In this document: in pieces, positions 47,912 to 56,494 of the stretch
How the letters are laid out: each line of letters opens with the position of its first letter
How positions within the stretch are numbered: position 1 is the stretch's first letter
From: an uncultured Candidatus Micrarchaeota archaeon
Lineage (GTDB): Archaea > Micrarchaeota > Micrarchaeia > Anstonellales > Bilamarchaeaceae
Reading direction: 5' to 3'
Assembly (NCBI GenBank): GCA_903828955.1
Contig: CAIKOA010000008.1
Span: forward strand, 36,813-100,812
Length of the DNA stretch: 64,000 bases
The notes under the pieces: model-generated
Told to the model about the DNA's origin: nothing
The model's input: the letters and a program-made list of their open reading frames with translations, nothing else
Database searches by the model: none
Position numbers and translations under genes: made by a program

Positions 47912-48531
47912 AACTGCCCCATTGTTATGTTCAATTGCCCTTCCCCAATTTCAAGCACAACGCTCCGCAGGTTTTTTCCCGCAGGGAGCTGCACAACCGT
48001 TGTTTCCCCGATTTTCTGCTTCCCTTCAACATCGTGGATGTGCCCGCAGATAAGCAAGAGGGGGCGCGCCTCCTCCATTATTTTGCGCACGGAATGGCTT
48101 CCCGCATGCAAACCGGCCTCCACCTCATCCAGAAGCCCATACGGAGGCACGTGTGTAAGCAATATGGTTTTCCCGTCTATAGGCAAATCCCTCATCTGCG
48201 CATAGATTTCTTCTTCGCGCATCTCCCCAGGGGTTCCAAAGGGGGTGGGGGGCGTAAAACCAAAACCAACTATGTTGAACCCTCCGGCAATTTCCATTCT
48301 CTGCTTGTGCAGGCAGCGCGGGTATTTATCCGGGGAATCCAATTCCTCGCTGTTTCCCGGAACCCAGTAAATATTGTCAGAAATTGAGAGCAAATCCTCC
48401 ATGAAGGAAACGCTTCTTCCTATGTCTCCTGCAATCAGCACATAGTCATATTTGGAAGCAACTGCCCGCAACCTGTCAAGAACCGCTTCTTCCCCATGGA
48501 TGTCAGCCAGAAGGAGTATCTTCATCTTCAT
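47908..48531 (-). CDS. Calcineurin-like metallophosphoesterase
   Basis: ADIHG, AGD, VPGN, THVPP, CGHIH. Confidence 0.93.
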   Translation of the reverse strand: MKMKILLLADIHGEEAVLDRLRAVASKYDYVLIAGDIGRSVSFMEDLLSISDNIYWVPGNSEELDSPDKYPRCLHKQRMEIAGGFNIVGFGFTPPTPFGTPGEMREEEIYAQMRDLPIDGKTILLTHVPPYGLLDEVEAGLHAGSHSVRKIMEEARPLLLICGHIHDVEGKQKIGETTVVQLPAGKNLRSVVLEIGEGQLNITMGQL

Positions 48532-50050
48532 GCCTGCCCCTCGCCCTCGCGGCATTTTCATTAATCTCTTTCAGGCGTTTTTCGAACTTGTCCTTAATAA
48601 GCGGCCCAATGAACCTTTTCGTGTAAACATCCGCTTTTGCAGCAAGCGAAATCTTTGTTGCAAGTGCGCGCGCAATCTTTCCCCGGACACCTTTAGGCGC
48701 AGTTGAAATTGATGCGTGCTGGAAAATTACCCCGTGTTTAGGGGGCGCGATGTTCCGGTTGCGCAGATGCTTGAAGAGCGCCTTCTCTGCGCCCATTACC
48801 TGGACTGTGCTCGCAGGCAGTACCGCAAGCTTCTTCATACCGCCGGCAACTGAAATCAGTTTTCCCGCGAGTTTAGCCCCGACAAGATAATGGAGGTTCG
48901 GGCATTCTTCGCGCGCAACGTCGTCCATGTGCTTCTCGTGCCTGTTCATGAGCGCAAAAATGGCTTCAATCTCTTGCGCCATTTTCTTCATATTCTCAAC
49001 ATCTTTTTCGTTGAAATTTCCGCCCACGCTGTTTTTCCCTGCCTCAGCGATCTGGCGCGCCTTCCCTTCGCCAACATATTTTGCAACCGCCTCGATTGGC
49101 ACGTCTTCTTTCGTAATCATATTTATGATGAGCGCGTAATTCCTCTTGTTCTCCACGTTCAATTCAGGGAAATAGAGCCCGTAAATCTCCTCGAGCCTTT
49201 CCCCTAGCTGGTTTGCAACGCGCTCTTCCTCTTCGATGCAATTAGAGAGCTGCGCTAGGTACATGTCTCTCCCGCGCAAAACCTCGGTGGTCTCTTCGCG
49301 CGCCCTCTTCATGAATTTTGAGCGGTCAAACCTTCCTTCGCTTCCTTCCCCCTCAGAAGGGCTTCTTTCGCGGAAGCTTCCGCCTTCCCTCCGTTCCTGG
49401 TTCCTGAAGCCGATGCTCCCCCCTCTGCGTTCCCCTCCGCTAAATGGGCGCCTCTCCCCTCCAAATGAGCGCCCGCCGCCCCGGTCCCCGCGGTATCCGC
49501 CGCCAGAAGGCCTCGGCCGATCACCATAATCTCTGCGTTCTCCACCTTCTCCCTGTCTTTCTCCGCTAAATGGGCGCCGTTCATTTCCTTCGCGCCTTCC
49601 TTCTCCACGGAAGCTGCCGCCAGAAGGCCGGTCACTATACCCTCTGCGTTCTCCGCTAAATGGGCGCTTCTCTCCGCCTTCCCTAGGGCGGCCTCCTTCT
49701 CTATCTCCTCCTGAAGGCCTGTCTCTATACCCACCACGATCTCCAGAGCGGTATCCTTCCCCCCTCCTTCCTTCGCCGCGGTATCCGCCGCCAGAAGGCC
49801 TATCGCTATACCCCCTATGTTCTCCGCCTTCGCGGGGGCGATGCCCGCCTTCCCCCAGTCTTTCTCCGCCTTCGCGCCTTCCTTCGCCGCGGTACCCGCC
49901 TTCACGTTTTCCGCCGCCCAAAGAACTCCGCTCGTTGCCTTCCCTTCTTTCTTCTCCGCGGTAGCTTTTCAAATCCCTTTTGCCCCCGCTGGAGCCTCCT
50001 CCAGTGAAGTTTCCCCTATTCCTGTCCCGTCCCCATTTTTTTTCTCCCAT
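48503..50050 (-). CDS. nop5: Nop5 (Nop56/58) with long Arg/Gly-rich N-terminal extension
   Basis: YGLYFPEL, CPNL, PASTVQVMGAEKALF, PKHGVIFQ, GKIARALA. Confidence 0.93.
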   Translation of the reverse strand: MGEKKWGRDRNRGNFTGGGSSGGKRDLKSYRGEERREGNERSSLGGGKREGGYRGEGRREGGERLGEGGHRPREGGEHRGYSDRPSGGGYRGEGRRGEGYRSGDRGGYRDRPSGGDREGGRPREGGEKRPFSGERRGYSDRPSGGSFRGEGRREGNERRPFSGERQGEGGERRDYGDRPRPSGGGYRGDRGGGRSFGGERRPFSGGERRGGSIGFRNQERREGGSFRERSPSEGEGSEGRFDRSKFMKRAREETTEVLRGRDMYLAQLSNCIEEEERVANQLGERLEEIYGLYFPELNVENKRNYALIINMITKEDVPIEAVAKYVGEGKARQIAEAGKNSVGGNFNEKDVENMKKMAQEIEAIFALMNRHEKHMDDVAREECPNLHYLVGAKLAGKLISVAGGMKKLAVLPASTVQVMGAEKALFKHLRNRNIAPPKHGVIFQHASISTAPKGVRGKIARALATKISLAAKADVYTKRFIGPLIKDKFEKRLKEINENAARARGRHEDEDTPSG

Positions 50051-50055
50051 TTTAA

Positions 50056-51186
50056 TCATGCCTCGTATGTGGTTTCCCACATCTTTTGCGCGAGCTTCCC
50101 TTCGTACATGAACTTCTCCACATCTGCCTTTTCCCGCCTTTCACGATGTGTTGCCAGGAAGGCATTCAGCTTGTCCACAAGAATTTGCTTGAGCTCGCCA
50201 GTGAGCATTTGCCCGCTCCTATATTCTCCTTCAATCTTTTTTAGCCTTTGCTCATCAGGCTCAAAGAGCATTTTCAGCCATTGGAAGGAGACATCCACGT
50301 CGGGATTTCCGCCCAATTTCCTGTGCTCCTCAACAGTTTCCCTCCCTCCGGAAAACGCATACTTCATTATTTTCTTGCGCACCGCCAACTCACCATCATT
50401 CAGCCAGATTGCAGTATCCGCCACGCTTGCGCTCATTTTCCCATGCACCCCCTGCAGCGGCGGAATAAACTTGGAATGTATCGCCGCAGTCTTGTGGAAT
50501 CCGAGCCCTTCGGCAATATCGCGCTGTATTCTCCAGTACGGGTCCTGGTCAATTGCCGCAGGAATCAGGCACCTCTTCTTCTCAAAGAAAGTCGGCACCA
50601 TCTGGTATGCGGGGTACTGGATCATCCCGATATTCGTCTCGTTCGTAAAACCGAAAACCGCCTTCGCAGTGGAAAAAGTGACCTTTTTCGCAGTCTGCAT
50701 CAAAAGCGGGTAAACATTGGAGGCGTACTCGCTGTTCTTGAAAACAAAAGTGCGGTCCGGGTCAAACCCGACCGCGGCAATGTCCCGGATATTCTCTTCA
50801 GCATACCCCTGCACTCCCTTCCAGGTGTATTCCCGCTTGTGCAGGAACTTCTCCTCATCCGGAAGCTGCACATAAAGATTTACCTTGAACCGGTCTTGCA
50901 GCCATTTAGTAAATACTAAGGGAATCAGGTGCCCGATGTGCATCGGCCCGCTCGGCGCCCGCCCGGTATACAGGAAAAATCCCTTTCCCTTCGCATAATC
51001 ATCCAGCACCAAATCCAAATCCCTGTGCGAAAAGAAGTAATCCCTCTCCAGCATCACGTTCTTCTCATGCGTTTCCTTCATGAGCCTCTCGCGGAGCGCA
51101 GGGCTTATCCTCTTCGTGCCGAACTCCTGAATTAATTTATCATAATCTATGGAACCCTCGACTTCCCAGGGCGTAACGATTGACAT
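50056..51186 (-). CDS. trpS: Tryptophan--tRNA ligase
   Basis: VTPWEV, YTGRAPS, HIGH, AIDQDPY, KMSAS. Confidence 0.97.
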   Translation of the reverse strand: MSIVTPWEVEGSIDYDKLIQEFGTKRISPALRERLMKETHEKNVMLERDYFFSHRDLDLVLDDYAKGKGFFLYTGRAPSGPMHIGHLIPLVFTKWLQDRFKVNLYVQLPDEEKFLHKREYTWKGVQGYAEENIRDIAAVGFDPDRTFVFKNSEYASNVYPLLMQTAKKVTFSTAKAVFGFTNETNIGMIQYPAYQMVPTFFEKKRCLIPAAIDQDPYWRIQRDIAEGLGFHKTAAIHSKFIPPLQGVHGKMSASVADTAIWLNDGELAVRKKIMKYAFSGGRETVEEHRKLGGNPDVDVSFQWLKMLFEPDEQRLKKIEGEYRSGQMLTGELKQILVDKLNAFLATHRERREKADVEKFMYEGKLAQKMWETTYEA

Positions 51187-51230
51187 GGCTCTCCTTTTGC
51201 CTCGTTATTATTTATAATCTATTGCAAAGT

Positions 51231-52958
51231 TCATCTCTCCCAGCAACTGCTGTCTTCCGGGTGATACTCCTCATATCCCCTCGGGCAGCAGACCGCATAC
51301 TCATCAATCCAAACATCACCGGACTCCGGGCATACCCTGCAGGTGCCTTTGTTTTCCCCGACCTTTGCGCAATGCGGGTATTTGGAGTCACAACCGCATC
51401 TTTCGCAGTCATTGACCAGGCCCAGCTTCTCATCGCAGAACATTGGCTTTTCTACCGAGCACTTGCCATACTCGGTCCCGTCATTGCATTTTTTTGCAAG
51501 GGCATAGCTCACGGTTTCTTCAGGAGAGTAGCAATATAGGATTTTAGCAGGGTAACTCCACTCATCCACGGGCGCAGGTTCCGTTGGAACCGGGTCGCCC
51601 TTCTTGTAATAAAGGTAATCCGAAGGCGGCCACGTGCTTTCGTATATAGAATACAGCCCGTTGCTTTGCTTTACCCCGACCGTAAGATGGTCGTACTTTC
51701 CATCGCTGTCAGTATCAACTTCGCAGAGCTCGGTTCCGGAAATCCCTGCCCGAAGAAAGAGTGAGGCGAGCAGAACCGCGCTGTCGTCGCAGTCCCCCTG
51801 ATCCATCATTAAAGTGTAAGCAGGCGGCTGAACCCAGTCCACCTTCCAGTTCGGGTCGCTAACGTAATTTACTGAACCATACACAAATTTCAGGAGCCTT
51901 AAATCCATAGACTCCCCGGTTGGCTTGCCGTTCATTTCATCGACAATGTCAATCACCAGCGGGTCGTTCGGGTCCACCTGGAATGCATACTTGTAGTGGT
52001 AGCTCCCGATGTCATCATACAACGCATTGATCTCCTGGTTTACCCCCCGGTACTGGTTTGCATAATCATCAAACAGCGCACCCTGGGTGTCGTTCCTCCA
52101 TTCCCCAGGGGAATCATGTTTCAGCTGGTAAAGCAGGTATATCGATTGCTCCATGTGGGCAAGCGCGCCCTTCAGGTCCTGGAGGTAGGCAAGGTCGTCA
52201 TAAAGATACTTGTCGGTGTTTTTCTTTTTCTTGTATGCTTCCGCAAGGGCCTTTATCGCGTACATCTCTTCCTGCTTGCTTCCGAGCGTGAGGGACGCGG
52301 CCTTGACTTTACCGGCCTGGGATTGGTTTGCGGCCACAGTGTTCTGCAAAACGCCCAGCTCCCCGATCGGCTCTGCCATCAGGCCCGCGCAGCCTTCAGC
52401 ATCCGCGATCACCGCGTCGTAATTCTTCAATTTCCACTCATTAAGGGCTTTCTGCCTGCAGGCTTCGATTGTCACATTCCCCCCTATAACGCTCAGCTCG
52501 TTCTCGACTTCGTTTACGCAGGCGCCTTCAGCGCAAACTTCCCCGGACGCACAGCCGCAGTCCTTTGCGCAGGATGCGCAGCTTTCCCCGCCCTCGCAGA
52601 TTCCGTTTCCGCAGCAGGAAGGGATTATGGAATGGGCGCACTGCCCAATCGTGGTATTGCAGGAATCCCTTGTGCAGGAGTTCGCATCATCGCAGCTTTC
52701 AAGGCACTTCATCAGTGTGCACCTGTTTGCCTGGCATGCCATTCCGCTGCAGCAATCAGAAACAGTATCGCAGGTCTGGTTATCGGTTCTGCATGAAGGG
52801 GCGGAGGGCTTTTCGCAGAATCCCTGCGAACAGATCTCATCAGGCGCGCATTCAGTGGTTTTGTTGCAGGCAACTTTCGCCATGGCAGCGCACCCTGAAA
52901 ACGCCAAAAAAGCAAAAACCAAAATAGCGCAAAACGCGATCGAAGATTCTTTCCGCAT
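51231..52958 (-). CDS. Secreted Cys-rich protein with transglutaminase-like domain
   Basis: FSGC lipobox-like; CGNGIC..ESCASCAKDC; GDCDDSAVLLASL / DHL. Confidence 0.85.
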   Translation of the reverse strand: MRKESSIAFCAILVFAFLAFSGCAAMAKVACNKTTECAPDEICSQGFCEKPSAPSCRTDNQTCDTVSDCCSGMACQANRCTLMKCLESCDDANSCTRDSCNTTIGQCAHSIIPSCCGNGICEGGESCASCAKDCGCASGEVCAEGACVNEVENELSVIGGNVTIEACRQKALNEWKLKNYDAVIADAEGCAGLMAEPIGELGVLQNTVAANQSQAGKVKAASLTLGSKQEEMYAIKALAEAYKKKKNTDKYLYDDLAYLQDLKGALAHMEQSIYLLYQLKHDSPGEWRNDTQGALFDDYANQYRGVNQEINALYDDIGSYHYKYAFQVDPNDPLVIDIVDEMNGKPTGESMDLRLLKFVYGSVNYVSDPNWKVDWVQPPAYTLMMDQGDCDDSAVLLASLFLRAGISGTELCEVDTDSDGKYDHLTVGVKQSNGLYSIYESTWPPSDYLYYKKGDPVPTEPAPVDEWSYPAKILYCYSPEETVSYALAKKCNDGTEYGKCSVEKPMFCDEKLGLVNDCERCGCDSKYPHCAKVGENKGTCRVCPESGDVWIDEYAVCCPRGYEEYHPEDSSCWER

Positions 52959-53036
52959 GTCCTCCCCCGCATTATTCCGCATTAAATGTTTATAAAGTGC
53001 AAATAAAATAAAAAAAGAAAAATTTTGGGGAAGTGC

Positions 53037-54848
53037 CTAAACTATCACGAGTTTAACGCAGGCCCCGTTATTGCATCCATTAATGCCGCAGTTATAGGTC
53101 GTTGAAACAATGTTGCCTTCGGAGCAATAGTATTCCCGCACCTGGGTCTTGCTGTTGCAGGTATCCGTATTGGAGAGCTGGCCCTTTGTTGCGGTCCCCT
53201 TCGTATAGTAGTCTATCCCCCCGTCGCTGTCGGCGCATTTTGCCTCGATGCATTTGCCGCTTGAGCATATCTCGTCTTGAGCGCATCCGATATCCGTCTC
53301 CTTTGCAAGCAGCCCGCTGCAGTAACCCTCTGCAACAGTATAACTGTCCTTGCAGGAATCGGTGACTGCAACCACATACCCGTTGTCGGTTGATTCGGTT
53401 GCGGTCCCCTTCGCATATGCATCTTTCCCCCCGTCGCTGTCCACGCACTCCGCGGGCGAGCACACGTTCTTGTAGCAGAGCTCATTGTAGCTCATGCAGC
53501 TTATCGAAGTGCTATCTGCGCTCCCTCCGTTGCAATAATATTCGGTAAGGTGCGCGAAGTCTGTGCATAGGTCATCATAGCCGTGCGAACCCACGGTCAC
53601 CGTGCCTTCCTCATGCCTGTTGTTGCCGCCATCAGTGTCCGAGCAGGTGCTCGAAGCAGGCCTGCATTCCCCGGAAACGCAAACATCCCCGGAATCGCAG
53701 TTGAGCCTTGTGCTCTCAACATTGCCATCAGAGCAGTAGTATTCCGTAACCGTATCGCTGTCGTAGCAGTTGTCGTTCCAACTATCTCCGTCCTTTTCAA
53801 CTGTCCCGTATTCGTTCTTGTCCTTCCCTCCATCCGAATCCGTGCAGTAGTTGGAAGTGCATTCCCCGTTCACGCACATCTCATCGGATGCGCAGTCAAT
53901 CCTCTTGCTCGCTGCGCTCGCGCCGTCGCAGTAATATTCGTTAACCGTATCCCCATCATAGCAATAATCGTCATATTGCTGCCCCCCGGCATACACAGAC
54001 CCATACTGCTCTTCGTCTTGCCCAAGATCGGTATCCCTGCACGCGGTGGGTATGCAGCTGCCGTCTCCGCAGCTATAGGTGCCTCCGCAATCCACAGTCG
54101 TGTGGAAAACGTTCCCTTCCGAGCAATAATATTCCGTAACCGAGTTTACTCCTGAGCAAACATCTACATAGGTAATCCCGCTTGAGCCCCTTGTGGCCCC
54201 CTTCTCATAGATGTTGAAGCCGCCGTCGTTATCTGTGCACGCGGAAACAACGCATGCCCCGTCTTCGCATGCTTTCCCGCTTGCGCAGGCAATCACCTTG
54301 CTTAATATCTGGTTATTTGAGCAATAGTATTCCAATACATTCGAATAGCTGCTGCAGTTATCCGTGAAGCTGTCGCTCCCTTTTTTAGCGGTCCCCTTCA
54401 CTTCAGTATTCTGCCCGCCATCCGTATCAGAGCAGAGCACTTCCCCGCATTTTCCTCCTGAGCATTCCGTTCCCGCAGGGCAGGGCACGGTTTCGCTCGT
54501 TATCGCGTTGTTTAGGCAATAATACTCAAATACTGCGTTTGTTGTCGGGCTGCAGGTATCATTGAAGGATTCGCCGCCCTTAGTGGTGGTCCCGTATTCA
54601 AGAGCGTTCTTCCCGTTGTCCGAATCAACGCAATTTGGGGAAACAACGCTTCCGTTCTGGCCCGTTCCGCACGCGCCGGTGTGCGATATTACTGCGCCCG
54701 CCTCCTTCGCATAACATTCATTTGTATAAGTAACTCCGTCAGAGCCGCACACTTCGGCTTTCTCGCTGCTGCACTGGCCAGAAGTTTCCGTTGCGCACCC
54801 GAATAAAAGAAGCCCCAAAATAATCAGGAATATGGCGATTTTTTTCAT
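53037..54848 (-). CDS. Cys-rich repeat lipoprotein (Kazal domain + eight CxD[ST/N]DxG..EYYC-type repeats)
   Basis: LFGC; VCGSDGVTYTNEC; ~65-aa repeats; start inferred at MKKIAIF. Confidence 0.88.
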   Translation of the reverse strand: MKKIAIFLIILGLLLFGCATETSGQCSSEKAEVCGSDGVTYTNECYAKEAGAVISHTGACGTGQNGSVVSPNCVDSDNGKNALEYGTTTKGGESFNDTCSPTTNAVFEYYCLNNAITSETVPCPAGTECSGGKCGEVLCSDTDGGQNTEVKGTAKKGSDSFTDNCSSYSNVLEYYCSNNQILSKVIACASGKACEDGACVVSACTDNDGGFNIYEKGATRGSSGITYVDVCSGVNSVTEYYCSEGNVFHTTVDCGGTYSCGDGSCIPTACRDTDLGQDEEQYGSVYAGGQQYDDYCYDGDTVNEYYCDGASAASKRIDCASDEMCVNGECTSNYCTDSDGGKDKNEYGTVEKDGDSWNDNCYDSDTVTEYYCSDGNVESTRLNCDSGDVCVSGECRPASSTCSDTDGGNNRHEEGTVTVGSHGYDDLCTDFAHLTEYYCNGGSADSTSISCMSYNELCYKNVCSPAECVDSDGGKDAYAKGTATESTDNGYVVAVTDSCKDSYTVAEGYCSGLLAKETDIGCAQDEICSSGKCIEAKCADSDGGIDYYTKGTATKGQLSNTDTCNSKTQVREYYCSEGNIVSTTYNCGINGCNNGACVKLVIV

Positions 54849-54901
54849 GTGCATGCATTTGCGCAGAAAGCTTAAAATCTGTTCTGCCCCCAACGTCAAG
54901 T

Positions 54902-56041
54902 ATGGAAAAGTGCCCCCTGCCCGCGTTATTATGCATCCTTCTTGCACTTTTTCTTGCTTTTGGAATGGGCTGCCCTTCCCCGCAGGAATCCCGGGCACCC
55001 GCTGGATCCACGGGGCACACCAAATCAACGCAACCCAACGAATCCACGGAACCCATCCAATCAACTGAATTCCAATGCTTCCTGGTAAATCCGCAGGCAA
55101 ATTCCCTGGGAATAGGAGGCACGGACATCGGGCTCCCCGTCGAGCGAAGCGATGGAACCACCTGGATTCTTTTTGGAGACGTTAAAGGCACAACCTCAGG
55201 CAAGGGAGGCGCAAGCGCGCTCGCAATCTCGCCAACCCCATTCAATTGCAGTTCGTTTAGCTGGAAAAGCGACGGGGAGAGATTTTACCAGCCGCTTCAT
55301 TCGGCAAGAAATTCCACCGATGCATCCACCGTTCCCGCTGGCGCAATCGAGCTGGACGGAAAATTCTACATCTACGCGATGCGCGTGACCCAGTGGGCTT
55401 TCAATTCCGGGCCAGGGGCTGCCACAGAGGGGCACGGGATGCTTTTCCGGCAGGAGAACTCCACATTCGTCCCGGTCGCCTCCTGGGCGCAGAACACGCA
55501 CACGAGCGCCGCGCCCGTCATCGGTAGGCTTGAGGACGGCACCGAAGCGGTTTTCATAGCTTTCACCAACAAATACAGGGACTCCCAAATCTATGGGGCG
55601 TACGTCCTTCCTTCGGAAATTGAGGGCCCCTCCAAATACCATTATTTTGCGGGAATGGAAAACGGGGAGCCGAGATGGGGCGACGAATCCTCTGCGGTCC
55701 CCATTAAAGGGCTATACGCCAACGGCACTGGGGAGATCTCCCTCGCCTACAACCCCGTCCTCAAAAAATACCTCCTGATGTTCAAGGATTACAAGGGCTC
55801 GAGGGATTCCTTCTACCTTTACTCCGCGGACAACCCGTGGGGCCCGTATTCCCTTGAGAAGGAATTCACTCCATGCGGAACTGCGGGGGATAAGCCCTCC
55901 TGGATGGAAGAGGGCTGGAGCGGCTGCTACGGAGGCTACATCTTCCCCAATTCCTTCGGAGCGGACGGAAAGGACATTTATTTCACGGTTTCCGTCTGGG
56001 TCCCCTATACCACAATCGTCTCAAAAGGAAGAATGGATTAG
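54902..56041 (+). CDS. DUF4185 family lipoprotein (putative glycoside hydrolase)
   Basis: GTDIG, LFGD, ADNPWGPYS, YGGYI. Confidence 0.8.
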   Translation: MEKCPLPALLCILLALFLAFGMGCPSPQESRAPAGSTGHTKSTQPNESTEPIQSTEFQCFLVNPQANSLGIGGTDIGLPVERSDGTTWILFGDVKGTTSGKGGASALAISPTPFNCSSFSWKSDGERFYQPLHSARNSTDASTVPAGAIELDGKFYIYAMRVTQWAFNSGPGAATEGHGMLFRQENSTFVPVASWAQNTHTSAAPVIGRLEDGTEAVFIAFTNKYRDSQIYGAYVLPSEIEGPSKYHYFAGMENGEPRWGDESSAVPIKGLYANGTGEISLAYNPVLKKYLLMFKDYKGSRDSFYLYSADNPWGPYSLEKEFTPCGTAGDKPSWMEEGWSGCYGGYIFPNSFGADGKDIYFTVSVWVPYTTIVSKGRMD

Positions 56042-56146
56042 TGATGGGGGGTTGCTTGGGATGAAACACTTTAGGGGGCGCTCCCCCTGAAGGGTTCTTC
56101 ACGGTTTCCGTCTGGGTTCCCTACACCACAATCGTCTCAAAAGGAA
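55982..56146 (+). repeat. 49-bp direct repeat (55982-56030, 56098-56146) flanking family B copy 3
   Basis: 47/49 identical; the insert has a G6 run and an AGGGGG-CGCT-CCCCCT hairpin. Confidence 0.9.
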
Positions 56147-56494
56147 CCATCTGAAGGAGCCCGCAAATCCATTCCGGATCGGCCTTTTTATGCTTTTCAC
56201 CAACTGTTTTTCAGAATACGAGAGAGGGAAAAACGCCCCCGGTGGAAAAGCCCAAAAATGCGGGTTTTTTCAGGAGCGGTGCAACAAATTTTCAGAAGTA
56301 TTCTCCGTCTGAGGGGCAAAACCTTTTTAAACACGTATATTCATATCTATCCTTTACCTTTTACGCTTCGAGCGCCCTCTTCGACGAATGGCGCGATGAA
56401 AAACGAATTTATTCATATAGGGTAGGCTATCTCTTCACGTTGGGGAGACAGCCGGCGTTTATAACGCCAAAAGAGTGTGAAGTAACTAGCTATG

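Noticed and set aside
54849-55100. Upstream extension of the 687-aa ORF
   Set aside because: Overlaps the divergent DUF4185 gene; the signal peptide starts at 54848
55982-56146. Possible DGR template/variable repeat pair
   Set aside because: Mismatches are not adenine-specific in one copy and no reverse transcriptase is present
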